Assembly: GCA_018242205.1 (NCBI GenBank)
Contig: JAFECJ010000001.1
Span: 31,735 to 95,734 of the forward strand
DNA length: 64,000 nt
Reading direction: 5' to 3'
Origin: Pseudomonadota bacterium
Lineage (GTDB): Bacteria; Pseudomonadota; Alphaproteobacteria; Rhizobiales; Xanthobacteraceae
Position 1 is the first letter of the stretch, and the number at the start of each line of letters is the position of its first letter. The position numbers and the translations under genes are program-made. Below are positions 38,011 to 47,387 of this stretch, one piece after another. The notes beneath the pieces are model-generated. The model was not told where the DNA came from. It was given only the letters and a program-made list of their open reading frames with translations, and did no database searches.

Positions 38011-38970
38011 GTGAAGCGATTTTCCGACCTGACCGAACAGGAAGTGCTGGCGCTGGCCATCACTAACGAGGAGGAGGACAGCCGAATCTACCGCGGCTTC
38101 GCCGAAGGCCTGCGCGAGCAGTTTCCCGCCTCCGCCAAAGTGTTCGACGAGATGGCCGAGGAGGAAGTGCACCACCGCGCCATGCTCTACGACCTGTACC
38201 GCGCGAGGTTCGGCGAATACCTGCCGCTGATCCGCCGCCAGGACGTGCAGGGCTTCCTGCATCCGAAGAAGCCGCTGTGGCTGATGCGCCCGCTCGGCCT
38301 CGACGAGGTGCGCAAATTCGCCGAGAACATGGAGTTCGAGGCCGAGCGCTATTACCGCAAGGCCGCGGAAGGCGCGCGCGACGCCTCGGTACGCGAATTG
38401 CTGATCAAGCTCGCCGAGGCCGAGGCTGGGCACGAGTCGCTGGCGCACAAGCTGTCGACGAAAATCCTCACGGAAGACGCGCGCGCCGAGGAACACGAGA
38501 CGGCACGGCGCATGTTCCTGCTGCAATATGTGCAGCCCGGCCTGGTCGGCCTGATGGACGGCTCGGTGTCGACGCTGGCGCCATTGTTCGCCGCGGCCTT
38601 TGCCACCCACAACACCTGGGAGACGTTTCTGGTCGGCATGGCGGCATCTGTGGGCGCCGGCATTTCGATGGGCTTTGCCGAGGCTTTGTCGGACGACGGC
38701 TCGCTCACCGGCCGCGGCGCGCCGTGGCTGCGAGGCCTGGTGTCCGGCCTGATGACCGCCATCGGCGGCATCGGCCATGCTTTGCCTTATCTCATTCCCG
38801 ATTTCTATGTCGCGACCGTCGTGTCGGTGATCGTCGTCGCCATCGAACTCGGCGTGATTTCCTGGATCCGCTACAAATACATGGACACGCCGTTCCTGAA
38901 GGCGGCTTTCCAGATCGTGGTCGGCGGCGTGCTGGTTTTCCTGTCGGGCATCCTGATCGGGAGTTCGTGA
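38011..38970 (+). CDS. mbfA: Membrane-bound ferritin / iron exporter MbfA (rubrerythrin + VIT1 domains)
   Basis: GTG start, LALAITNEEEDSRIY, EEVHHR, then YVQPGLVGLMDGSVSTLAP and ISMGFAEALSDDG. Confidence 0.93.
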   Translation: MKRFSDLTEQEVLALAITNEEEDSRIYRGFAEGLREQFPASAKVFDEMAEEEVHHRAMLYDLYRARFGEYLPLIRRQDVQGFLHPKKPLWLMRPLGLDEVRKFAENMEFEAERYYRKAAEGARDASVRELLIKLAEAEAGHESLAHKLSTKILTEDARAEEHETARRMFLLQYVQPGLVGLMDGSVSTLAPLFAAAFATHNTWETFLVGMAASVGAGISMGFAEALSDDGSLTGRGAPWLRGLVSGLMTAIGGIGHALPYLIPDFYVATVVSVIVVAIELGVISWIRYKYMDTPFLKAAFQIVVGGVLVFLSGILIGSS

Positions 38971-39003
38971 CGTCCGGCAGGCGGACGTGCTTTACAGGGC
39001 GAT

Positions 39004-39882
39004 ATGACGTTCACCCTCGCCCATCTCTCCGACGTTCACCTCGCGCCGCTGCCGGCCGCGCATGTGCTCGACCTGTGCTCGAAGCGCATCACGGGTTATC
39101 TGAACTGGCAGCGCAGGCGGCGCTTCGTCCATGACGGCGCGGTGCTGGAGCGGATCGTCGCCGACCTGAAGGCGCAGACACCCGATCACATCGCCGTCAC
39201 CGGCGACATCGCCAATATCGGGCTGGAAGCGGAATACGCTCCCGGCCGCGATTTTCTCGACGGTCTCGGCGACGCGCAGACGGTAAGTTTCGTGCCGGGC
39301 AATCACGACATCTATGTCGCCGAATCGGAAGGGTTTGCGACCCGCGCCTTCGGCGATTTCATGCGCGGCGACGACGGCGGGAGTTTTCCCTATCTCAAAC
39401 GGCGCGGGCCGCTAGCGATCATCGGGCTTTCGACCGGCGTGGCGACCGCGCCGTTTCAGGCCACCGGCGAACTTGGACCGGCGCAACTCGCGGCGCTCGG
39501 CCCCCTGCTCGATCGCGCGCGTGATCAGAAGCTGTTCCGCGTCGTGCTGATCCATCATCCGCCGATCAGCCTGTCGCCGCATCACAAGCGACTGACCGAC
39601 GCGGACGCGCTCAAGCAAGTGATTGCCGCGCACGGCGCCGAGTTGATTCTGCACGGCCACGATCATCGCGACATGCTCAACTTCGTCGCGGGCCCCGACG
39701 GCGAAAGCGTGCCGGCGGTCGGCGTGCCGTCGGCCTCCGCCGCGCCCGGCGCCGACAAGGATAATGCCGGCTATCACCTCTACCGCATCGACGGTGGCGC
39801 GAGCGCGTGGCGCTGCGAGATGGCGGTGCGGGCGATGGACGCGGATGGGACGGTGAGAGAAGTGAAGCGCGTCAATCTGTGA
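39004..39882 (+). CDS. Calcineurin-like metallophosphoesterase
   Basis: HLSDVHL, VTGDIAN, VPGNHD, LIHHPP and ILHGHDH. Confidence 0.92.
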   Translation: MTFTLAHLSDVHLAPLPAAHVLDLCSKRITGYLNWQRRRRFVHDGAVLERIVADLKAQTPDHIAVTGDIANIGLEAEYAPGRDFLDGLGDAQTVSFVPGNHDIYVAESEGFATRAFGDFMRGDDGGSFPYLKRRGPLAIIGLSTGVATAPFQATGELGPAQLAALGPLLDRARDQKLFRVVLIHHPPISLSPHHKRLTDADALKQVIAAHGAELILHGHDHRDMLNFVAGPDGESVPAVGVPSASAAPGADKDNAGYHLYRIDGGASAWRCEMAVRAMDADGTVREVKRVNL

Positions 39883-39972
39883 CCGTTCGTCTCCGCGAAT
39901 GCGGCCCCCCAGAAGTCATTTGCTCCGCTCGCGAAGAAAAGACTGGGTTCCCGCTTTCGCGGGAACGAACGG
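39883..39972. repeat. REP-like double-hairpin element between convergent genes
   Basis: ccgttcgtctccgcgaatgcgg...ccag ... ctgggttcccgctttcgcgggaacgaacgg. Confidence 0.8.
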
Positions 39973-39997
39973 AGTTTTTGAATTAGCGCTGAGTGGA

Positions 39998-40573
39998 TTA
40001 CGGCTGCGGCGCGGTCAGCAGCGCCCAGGTCAGCAACGCGGCGACCGCCACGACGACGCCGTAGATGAACGAACGAAATGCGCGCAGGCGGCCGCGGCGC
40101 TGTTCGTATTCGACGGTTTTCAGCGTCGCCGCCTGGCCGAACGGCACGTCATCGGCCAGCGCGCGCTCGCGCTCCAAGAGACGGCGCGCGACATAGCGCG
40201 TGATCGCGCCGGTCATCTCCGGCACCTCGTAGCCCTCCGCCAGCACGGCGCGGCCGTAGCGCGTGTCCTGGACGAAGCGGTACTGCCGCTTGTCCCGGCC
40301 CATCTCGACATGGGCGACGACGTCGAGCCACAGCCGCGGTGTCTCGCCCCGGCTGACGCCGCGGTCGAACAGCTCGACCTCCTTCGGAATGTCGGCGAAC
40401 AGCGGCGTGAGTGCTTCGTTGAGCAGCTCCAGCCGCGCCACCTCGGCGTCGCGCAGATCGACGATAACGGCCGAGCGCTCGGCGGCCTCGATGCGCGCCT
40501 CGCGCATGGCCTCTTTCAGAGGGGTCGGCGGCGGAGGCGTCTCCGGCTCGACCTTTTTGCCGCGTCCAAACAT
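39998..40573 (-). CDS. Conserved hypothetical protein with C-terminal TM anchor
   Basis: DLRDAEVARLELLNEAL, PRLWLDVVAHVEM, YRFVQDTRYGR and ITRYVARRLLERERAL, then a TM segment. Confidence 0.8.
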   Translation of the reverse strand: MFGRGKKVEPETPPPPTPLKEAMREARIEAAERSAVIVDLRDAEVARLELLNEALTPLFADIPKEVELFDRGVSRGETPRLWLDVVAHVEMGRDKRQYRFVQDTRYGRAVLAEGYEVPEMTGAITRYVARRLLERERALADDVPFGQAATLKTVEYEQRRGRLRAFRSFIYGVVVAVAALLTWALLTAPQP

Positions 40574-40642
40574 GGCTCCTTTCTAGCAGGGCCAAGCGCG
40601 GCGGCAAAGGTGATTTTGTGTGTTATTTCAACAGGATTGATG

Positions 40643-40658
40643 GTTAGCCGACGGTTAA
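40643..40658 (-). promoter_or_regulatory. CtrA-like binding site
   Basis: Minus strand TTAA-CCGTCGG-CTAAC against consensus TTAA-N7-TTAAC (one mismatch), 70 nt upstream of the 40573 start. Confidence 0.6.
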
Positions 40659-40700
40659 TCTGTGCCTTTCTGGTGCATCGCGAGGCGACCGGCCCTCGGA

Positions 40701-41489
40701 TCAGGCGCGCGGAACGACCCCGTAGCGCCGCAGCCAGCCGAAACTGTCCTCAGTGCGCGGCGTCGAGGGGATGTACTCGCAGCCGATCCAATCGGCGTAG
40801 CCGAGGCGGTCGAGCGCGGCGAAGACGTAGGGGTAGTTGATCTCGCCGTCCTCGTCGGGCTCGTGGCGCACCGGCACCTGCGAGCACTGGATGTGGGCGA
40901 TCAGCGGCTGGTACTTCTTGAAGCGCTCGATGAGATCGCCGCCGACGATCTGCATGTGGAACAGGTCGTACTGGATGAACACGTTGTCGCTGCCGACCTT
41001 GGCGATGACGTCGGCGGCGTGCTCCAGCTCGCCCAGGAAATAGCCGGGAATGCCGCGGCCGCAGATCGGCTCGAGATAGAGCTTGATTTTTTTGGCCGCG
41101 GCCTCGTCGGCGGCGCGCTTGAGGTTCTCGACGAATACCTTCTCCGCCTCGCGGCGTTGCTCCGGCGGCACCTTGCCGGCGAGGCAGTGGATGGCGAGCC
41201 CGCCGACGGTCTCGACAAAGCTCAGCGTCTCGACAAAGCCGGCGCGCCAGTCGGTCTGCCGTCCCGGCAGCGCGCCGAGGCCGAACTCGCCCTCGCCGCC
41301 CTGCGGCGTGTTGATGCCGAGGACCTTGAGCTTGTTGCGCTGGACCGCGCGCTGATAGTCGGCCGCCGCCACGCCGTCAGGAAAGCGGCCTTCGATCGCG
41401 GTAAAGCCGGCCGCCGCCGCCGCATCGATGCGCTCGAGGAGCGGCCGCTCCTTGAACAGGTAGCCGAGATGGGCCGAAAATCGCGGCAT
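40701..41489 (-). CDS. Hydroxypyruvate isomerase (Hyi/OtnI) family TIM-barrel protein
   Basis: MPRFSAHL, AAAAAGF, YLEPI, QYDLFHMQ, RHEP, GEINYPYVF and WIGCEYIP. Confidence 0.85.
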   Translation of the reverse strand: MPRFSAHLGYLFKERPLLERIDAAAAAGFTAIEGRFPDGVAAADYQRAVQRNKLKVLGINTPQGGEGEFGLGALPGRQTDWRAGFVETLSFVETVGGLAIHCLAGKVPPEQRREAEKVFVENLKRAADEAAAKKIKLYLEPICGRGIPGYFLGELEHAADVIAKVGSDNVFIQYDLFHMQIVGGDLIERFKKYQPLIAHIQCSQVPVRHEPDEDGEINYPYVFAALDRLGYADWIGCEYIPSTPRTEDSFGWLRRYGVVPRA

Positions 41490-41576
41490 GCGTCTCCCCT
41501 TGCGCTAGGTGTTCTTGCCGTATTCATTAGCGGGCGAAAGCCGCAAAGGCCATCCCGCCATCAGGAAACGCCCCGC

Positions 41577-42662
41577 ATGTCAGCCAATTCCGCCTTCCAT
41601 ATCTGTGTCCTGCCCGGCGATGGCATCGGGCACGAGGTGACGAAGCCGGCGCTCGACGTGTTGCGGCGCATCGAAGAGACGACGCCGAGCCTGAAATTCC
41701 GCTTCTCCGAAGCGCCGGCCGGCGCCGAGGAATACAAGGCGACCGGCAAGTCGATGTCGGACGCGACGGTGAAACTCGCCGGCGAGGCCGACGCCATCCT
41801 GCTCGGGGCCTGCGGCATGCCGAGCATCCGCTATCCCGACGGCACCGAGATCATGCCGCAGGTCGAGCTGCGCTTCATCTACGATCTCTATGCCGGCGTG
41901 CGACCGGCGCGGCTGGTGCCCGGCGTACCCTCGCCGATCGTCGGCGCCCATGAGCGCGGCATCGATTTCATCCTGGTGCGGGAATCGACCGAAGGCCTGT
42001 TCGCCTCGATGGGCAAGGGCGTGACCACGCATGATGAGGCGCGGGAAACCTTGGTAGTGACGCGCAAGACCACCGAACGGCTGTTCGATTTCTGCCTGCG
42101 GCTGGCGCAGCGGCGCAAGTCGCGCGGCAAACCGGGACGCTTGACGCTGGTCGACAAGGCGAACGTGTTCAAGGCGTTCAACTGGCAGCGCACCATCTTC
42201 GACGAGCGCAAGGCAAAGTTCCCGGATGTGACCACCGACAAGCTCTATGTCGATGCCTGCGCCGCGATGATGGTGAAGAAGCCGTGGGACTTCGACGTCA
42301 TGGTGATGGAGAACATGTTCGGCGACATTCTCTCCGATCTCGCCGCCGGCCTGATCGGCGGCCTCGGCATGGCGCCGTCGGCCGACATCGGCGACACGCA
42401 TGCGGTGTTCCAGCCCTGCCATGGCACCGCACCGGACATCATGGGCCAGGGCAAGGCCAATCCGACCGCAATGATCCTGTCGGCGGCGATGATGCTCGAC
42501 TGGCTCGCCGACAAACACGACCATCCGCCGGCGGCCGAAGCCGCGCTCCGCATCGAGACCGCGGTCGACAATGCCTACCGGACCGGGCTCAAGCCGATGG
42601 AATATGGCGGCGGCGACGGCACCGCCGCCATCTCCAAGGCGGTGATGACGGCGCTGGGCTAG
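41577..42662 (+). CDS. Isocitrate/isopropylmalate/tartrate dehydrogenase family protein
   Basis: VLPGDGIGHEV, VRESTEGLF, VDKANVF, ENMFGDILSDLAA, SADIG and HGTAPDIMGQGKANP. Confidence 0.9.
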   Translation: MSANSAFHICVLPGDGIGHEVTKPALDVLRRIEETTPSLKFRFSEAPAGAEEYKATGKSMSDATVKLAGEADAILLGACGMPSIRYPDGTEIMPQVELRFIYDLYAGVRPARLVPGVPSPIVGAHERGIDFILVRESTEGLFASMGKGVTTHDEARETLVVTRKTTERLFDFCLRLAQRRKSRGKPGRLTLVDKANVFKAFNWQRTIFDERKAKFPDVTTDKLYVDACAAMMVKKPWDFDVMVMENMFGDILSDLAAGLIGGLGMAPSADIGDTHAVFQPCHGTAPDIMGQGKANPTAMILSAAMMLDWLADKHDHPPAAEAALRIETAVDNAYRTGLKPMEYGGGDGTAAISKAVMTALG

Positions 42663-43045
42663 TCGCAGACGCGGACGCGGCGGACGACGCGCTCGCCCCA
42701 GCGATTGATGTAGACCCGGCGCTGATAGTAGCAGTCGGGACCATAATAGGCCGGCGGACCCACCGTGATGCCGAAGCCCGGGAAGAACCCGTGGTGATGG
42801 TGGTGATAATAACGATGGTGATGGTGGTGGTGATGCCACTGCGCCAGCTGCAAGAGCGGCCGCGGCTGGTTCGCCTGGGCGAGATCGTCGGCCATCAGAA
42901 CCTCACGCGCGTTCTGAACGGGTTCCAGCAGATCCGCATAGGATTGGGCGGCCGGAACGGTCAGTGAGGCCGGCGCCGCTTGCACCGGGCCGGCGACGGC
43001 CAGGATCGCGGCCGTACTGAGCAAAAAGGCGATGTACGATTTCAT
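42659..43045 (-). CDS. Secreted His-rich protein
   Basis: Signal peptide MKSYIAFLLSTAAILAVAGPVQA; WHHHHHHHRYYHHHHH; C-terminal CYYQRR...RVCD; SD GGAGG. Confidence 0.75.
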   Translation of the reverse strand: MKSYIAFLLSTAAILAVAGPVQAAPASLTVPAAQSYADLLEPVQNAREVLMADDLAQANQPRPLLQLAQWHHHHHHHRYYHHHHHGFFPGFGITVGPPAYYGPDCYYQRRVYINRWGERVVRRVRVCD

Positions 43046-43210
43046 CCATTCCTCCGTTGTGCCGCCACCCATAACCGGCAGAGCCGAGTCGCTCCGCGTC
43101 CGATCAGATCATTCTGGCGCAGACGCCTGAACCTGCCCGGTGTAAACCGTTTAGCCGTTGTTCAGTTGCGTTCGGGAACGATAATCGGCAACGCCGCCGG
43201 AGAATCCGCG

Positions 43211-43936
43211 ATGCAGGTGAAATATCGTCTTCTCAATCCAGGGCTGCGGCCGCGCCGGACCAAGCTGGAAATGCCGGGCTGGGGTGGCGCGCCAGCGCCA
43301 CGAAAGGATGGCTCCCACGAGCAGCCCTGGCACTGCCTGCTGTTTTCGGAGGGCGCGCAGTACGGCATCGAGATCTTCTATCCTCACGACAACGAACTGC
43401 GAGTCACCAAGACGGGCGGCAAGGTCGAACTCACCGGCGATTTCGGGCCACCGCCGGCCGACGGTCTGCAGTGGCCGCCGTTTCGATCGTTCGGCGACAA
43501 CTTCTACACCTATCAGTTACTGCTCGACCTCAAGGTTCCCGCCGGCTGGGCGTTGCGCGCCGAGCCGCATCCGCGCCTGTACACCGACCCGACCGACACG
43601 GTTCCGATCGCGGTGCCGGCGCTGCTGCGGACCGAATGGTGGCCGATGATTTCGTTCGTCGTGTTCAAGGCGCCGCCCGAGGGCGGCACGCACATCTTTC
43701 GTCCGGGCGAGCCGATGATGCAGTTCATTCTGGTGCCGGCCGATCCTGAATTCGAGCTTGAAGCGATGACAGCGGACGAAGCCGCCGACCGCGAAGTGCG
43801 CTCGCGGCGCATTCACGCCAGCCGAAGTACGCTTGGCGCGGACAGCACCTGGACGTCGTCCACGAACACCGTGTTCGATGGCACCTACCGTTATCTGTCC
43901 CGCGCCGCCAAGGAGAAGTCGCGCGGCTCGTCATAG
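43211..43936 (+). CDS. DUF6065-like protein (predicted dUTPase-like beta fold)
   Basis: WHCLLFSEGAQYGIEIFYP, KVPAGWAL, LRTEWWP and FRPGEPMMQFILVP match the spacing of DUF6065 motifs as I recall them; SD GGAG. Confidence 0.55.
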   Translation: MQVKYRLLNPGLRPRRTKLEMPGWGGAPAPRKDGSHEQPWHCLLFSEGAQYGIEIFYPHDNELRVTKTGGKVELTGDFGPPPADGLQWPPFRSFGDNFYTYQLLLDLKVPAGWALRAEPHPRLYTDPTDTVPIAVPALLRTEWWPMISFVVFKAPPEGGTHIFRPGEPMMQFILVPADPEFELEAMTADEAADREVRSRRIHASRSTLGADSTWTSSTNTVFDGTYRYLSRAAKEKSRGSS

Positions 43937-43978
43937 ATCCGCTTCCGGAGCGTCGACGATCGCGCCTCGTGAGCTCTG

Positions 43979-44062
43979 TTATTTCTTGCCGATCGCGGCG
44001 GCCCGCTATTGATTCGCCTGCGACTTTGGTCAGCGTCTTCTTCCCGTGTTTATAACTCACGA
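43979..44062 (-). pseudogene. Possible decayed 3' remnant of an SGNH paralog
   Basis: Three collinear matches (VSYK, TKVA, AAIGKK*) to the 3' end of 47388..47918, with indels and an internal stop. Confidence 0.35.
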
Positions 44063-44395
44063 TCTGTTGATATCGCAGCGTACGAGGACCGCCGGCCGAC
44101 ACACGACCTGGTTGCGTCAGACGCGGCATGCAGGTTGCGGAACCTCAGGCCGAAGACGTGGTGCCGCCCGTAACCCGGACGCCGCCGAAGTCCGAGAGAC
44201 GGCGATGTCTCCTCACATGCGGAAGATGTCATTGGGCGGCTGCCCGCATCGCCGGCGCTTCATTTTCGGTTGTCCAGAATTCTCACCCGTGATTGGTTTT
44301 GCATTCACCCCAGCCACCGCATACGCTGCCGGCCGGAGAACACGATCCGGCGACGGTTAAATCCGAGCGGTCGATCGGATCGGCAGGGGAGGAAG

Positions 44396-45382
44396 ATGAC
44401 CATGTCAACCGAAACACGTCTCGGCGTGAGCCGTTTTGTCCGCACGACGCCTATCCGCGCCGCACTCGGCGCCCTCGCCGCGCTGGCGCTCACGGCGACC
44501 GCCGCCTCAGCGCAGACCTACGGCATCGCTACGATGCCGCCGGGCACGCTCAGCCACACCACCGCCTCGGCCATCGCCAAGGTGCTCAAGGAAAAAGGCG
44601 GCCTGAACGTGCTGGTGCAGCCGACCGCCGGCGAGACCACGCTGCTTCCGCTGGTCGCGCGCGGCGAGGCCGATCTCGGCATCGCCAACATTTTCGAGAC
44701 CGAAGCGGCCATGAAGGCCAATCCCGACCTGCGCGTTATCGGCTCGCTGCATTCGCTGCGCGGCGCCTTCTGGGTGCGCAAGGACACGCCGATGAAGACC
44801 ATCGCCGATCTCAAGGGCAAGCGCGTGGTGCTCGGCTTCTCGGCGATGCGCACCATCGATCCGCTGGTCAAGGCGATCCTCGCCACCGGCGGGCTGACCG
44901 AAGCCGACGTCAAACCGGTACTGGTCCCCAATGTCGTGCGCGGCGCCGATGATTTCTCTAATGGCGCGGCCGATATGTTCTTCTTCGCCTTTGGCGCCGC
45001 CAAGGTGCGCGAGGTCGACGCCACCGTCGGCGGCATCCGCGCGCTGGAAATCCCCAAGGAAGGCATGGCCGCGGCGCAGAAGATCGTGCCGGAGGGCTAC
45101 CTCTCGCCTGCCGTGCCGTCGCCCTTCTTCGTCGGCGTCGACCACCCGATGGGCGTCTACACCTGGGACAACATGCTGGTCACCAACGCCAAGGTGAAGG
45201 ACGAGGTCATCATCAAGATGATCGAGACGCTGCAGGCCAACAAGGCCGATCTCGTCGCGGTGCAGCCTGCCTTGCGCGATTTCGACGCCGCCAAGCTCTA
45301 CAAGGCCTACGATCTGAAATATCACCCCGGCGCCTTGAAGTACTTCAAGGATCACAAGATCGAAGCCGTGAAGATCCAGTAA
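44396..45382 (+). CDS. TAXI-family TRAP transporter substrate-binding protein
   Basis: Signal peptide, YGIATMPPGT, GEADLGI, IADLKGKRV and YHPGALKYFKD. Confidence 0.88.
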   Translation: MTMSTETRLGVSRFVRTTPIRAALGALAALALTATAASAQTYGIATMPPGTLSHTTASAIAKVLKEKGGLNVLVQPTAGETTLLPLVARGEADLGIANIFETEAAMKANPDLRVIGSLHSLRGAFWVRKDTPMKTIADLKGKRVVLGFSAMRTIDPLVKAILATGGLTEADVKPVLVPNVVRGADDFSNGAADMFFFAFGAAKVREVDATVGGIRALEIPKEGMAAAQKIVPEGYLSPAVPSPFFVGVDHPMGVYTWDNMLVTNAKVKDEVIIKMIETLQANKADLVAVQPALRDFDAAKLYKAYDLKYHPGALKYFKDHKIEAVKIQ

Positions 45383-45406
45383 TTCGGCACAGGCGAGACA
45401 ATCCAC

Positions 45407-47362
45407 GTGAGCGACGTTCACACCATCGACGAAGCGGCCGGCCCCAAGCCGGCCGCTTCGGCCGCCGTTGCGCTGGCAACCGACATCCTGCAAGCCCTGC
45501 TGCTCGCCTGCGTGGTCGGCTGGGTGCTCGACCTGCCGCGCCGGCTGTTCGGCCTGTCGTTCTATACCGAGCAACTGCTCGCCGTATGCCTCGGCCTGTC
45601 GCTCGCTTTGTCCTTCATCAATGCCGGATTGAAGCCGGCCGCGCTCGGCTGGATCGGCGCCGCGCTGGCGCTCGTCATCTGCGGCTTCATTGCGGTGCGC
45701 TACGAAACACTGACCTTGTCCATCGCGCTGCTGCCGACGGAAGGCGTCATCGGCAGCGCCGTTCTCATTCTGCTGGTGCTGGAGGCGACGCGGCGCTCGG
45801 CCGGCGGCGTACTGGTCGCAATCATCCTGATCATCTCGGCCTATGTCTTCATCGGCCCGCACATGCCGGGCGACTTCGCGACCCGCAGCGTGTCGTTCGA
45901 ACGGCTGCTGGTGTATTTCGGCCTCGACACCAACGCCATCATCGGCAACATCCTCTCGGTCGCGGTGCTGATCGTCGTGCCGTTCACGCTGATGGGCCAG
46001 GTGCTCGGCCGCACCGGCGGCGCCAATTATTTCGCCGACCTGGCGATGTCGGCGATGGGCAACTATCGCGGCGGCGCCGCCAAGATCGCCGTGGTCGGCT
46101 CCGGCCTGTTCGGCCTGATTTCGGGCGCGGCCGTCTCCAACGTGATGGCGGTCGGCATCGTCACGATTCCGCTGATGTCGCGCTCGGGCTTCTCGCGCAC
46201 GCGTGCCGCGGCGATCGAAGCCGTCGGCTCGACCGGCGGCCAGTTGATGCCGCCGGTGATGGGCGCCGCCGCCTTCATCATGGCCGAGTTCCTGCAAGTG
46301 CCTTACGGCACGGTCGCGCTCGCCGCGGCGATCCCGGCGATCCTGTATTACGTCGCGCTGTTCGTACACGTCGACCTCGAGGCCGCCAAGAACAAGATCG
46401 GCGCCGCGCAGGTCGCCGAAATGCCGGCGTTCCGCGAAGTTCTGCTGTCCGGCTGGCACTTCCCGATTCCGCTGATCTTTCTGGTCACCACCTTGGCCTG
46501 GCCCGAGGTGTTCCAGATTCCGATCGAGCGTGCGGCGATCTACGCGACCGGCATCCTGATCGTGCTGTCGCTGATCTTCGGCTATCGCGGCAAGCGCGTG
46601 ACGCCGCTGGAGATGTTGCGCGCGGTCCTCGACACCGGCCGCGCCGCGCTCGACATCATCCTGATCGGCGCCGCGGCCGGCATGGTGGTCGGCGCGCTCA
46701 ACATTTCCGGCATCTCGTTCGGCCTGACGCTGCAGCTCATCGCCCTGGCCGGACAGAACCTGTTCGTGCTGCTGATGCTGACCGCGGTCATCTCCATCAT
46801 CCTCGGCATGGGCATGCCGACGGTGAGCGTCTATGTGCTGACCGCTTCGCTGCTGGCGCCTTCGATCATCAAGCTCGGCGTATCGCCGATCGCCGCGCAT
46901 ATGTTCGTGATGTATTTCGGCATGCTGTCGATGATCACGCCGCCGGTGGCGATCGCCGCTTACGCCGCGGCCAACATCGCCCGGGTGCCGGGCTGGAACG
47001 CCGGCTGGATGGCGGTGGTGGTCGGCTGGAGCACGTTCTTCATTCCGTTCCTGTTCGTCACCGAGCCATCGATGCTGATGAGCGGCGCCTGGCCGGTGAT
47101 CGCCTGGAATCTGTTCCGTAACGTGCTCGGCATCGTCGTCGGCACCGCCGGCATCGTCGGTTTCATGTTCGCGCCGTTGCCGACGGCGATGCGGCTCGCT
47201 TTTGGCGCGGCCGGCGTCGCGATCCTCATTCCGCCGCACGTCTTCGAAGGCGCCGACTGGCTCGACTGGGCCGGGCTCGGCGGCGCGGTGGTGCTGCTGG
47301 CCATCAACTGGCTGCAAAGCCGGGCTGACAAGCAAACGGCGCCGCAGGTGGCGGCGCCTTAA
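45407..47362 (+). CDS. TRAP transporter fused 4TM/12TM permease (TAXI type)
   Basis: LEATRRSAG, GGAAKIAVVGS, AIEAVGSTGGQLMPPVMGAAAFIMAE, LGMGMPT and SMITPPVAIAAYAAA. Confidence 0.93.
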   Translation: MSDVHTIDEAAGPKPAASAAVALATDILQALLLACVVGWVLDLPRRLFGLSFYTEQLLAVCLGLSLALSFINAGLKPAALGWIGAALALVICGFIAVRYETLTLSIALLPTEGVIGSAVLILLVLEATRRSAGGVLVAIILIISAYVFIGPHMPGDFATRSVSFERLLVYFGLDTNAIIGNILSVAVLIVVPFTLMGQVLGRTGGANYFADLAMSAMGNYRGGAAKIAVVGSGLFGLISGAAVSNVMAVGIVTIPLMSRSGFSRTRAAAIEAVGSTGGQLMPPVMGAAAFIMAEFLQVPYGTVALAAAIPAILYYVALFVHVDLEAAKNKIGAAQVAEMPAFREVLLSGWHFPIPLIFLVTTLAWPEVFQIPIERAAIYATGILIVLSLIFGYRGKRVTPLEMLRAVLDTGRAALDIILIGAAAGMVVGALNISGISFGLTLQLIALAGQNLFVLLMLTAVISIILGMGMPTVSVYVLTASLLAPSIIKLGVSPIAAHMFVMYFGMLSMITPPVAIAAYAAANIARVPGWNAGWMAVVVGWSTFFIPFLFVTEPSMLMSGAWPVIAWNLFRNVLGIVVGTAGIVGFMFAPLPTAMRLAFGAAGVAILIPPHVFEGADWLDWAGLGGAVVLLAINWLQSRADKQTAPQVAAP

Positions 47363-47387
47363 CAGCTCTGTCGTCGACCGAGAGAGG

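Noticed and set aside
41531-41558. gggcgaaagccgcaaaggcc resembling a c-di-GMP-I riboswitch
   Set aside because: The region is too short and lacks the P1/P2 tetraloop-receptor architecture
44046-44360. 104-aa ORF in the spacer before the TAXI gene
   Set aside because: No SD, atypical codon usage, no motifs
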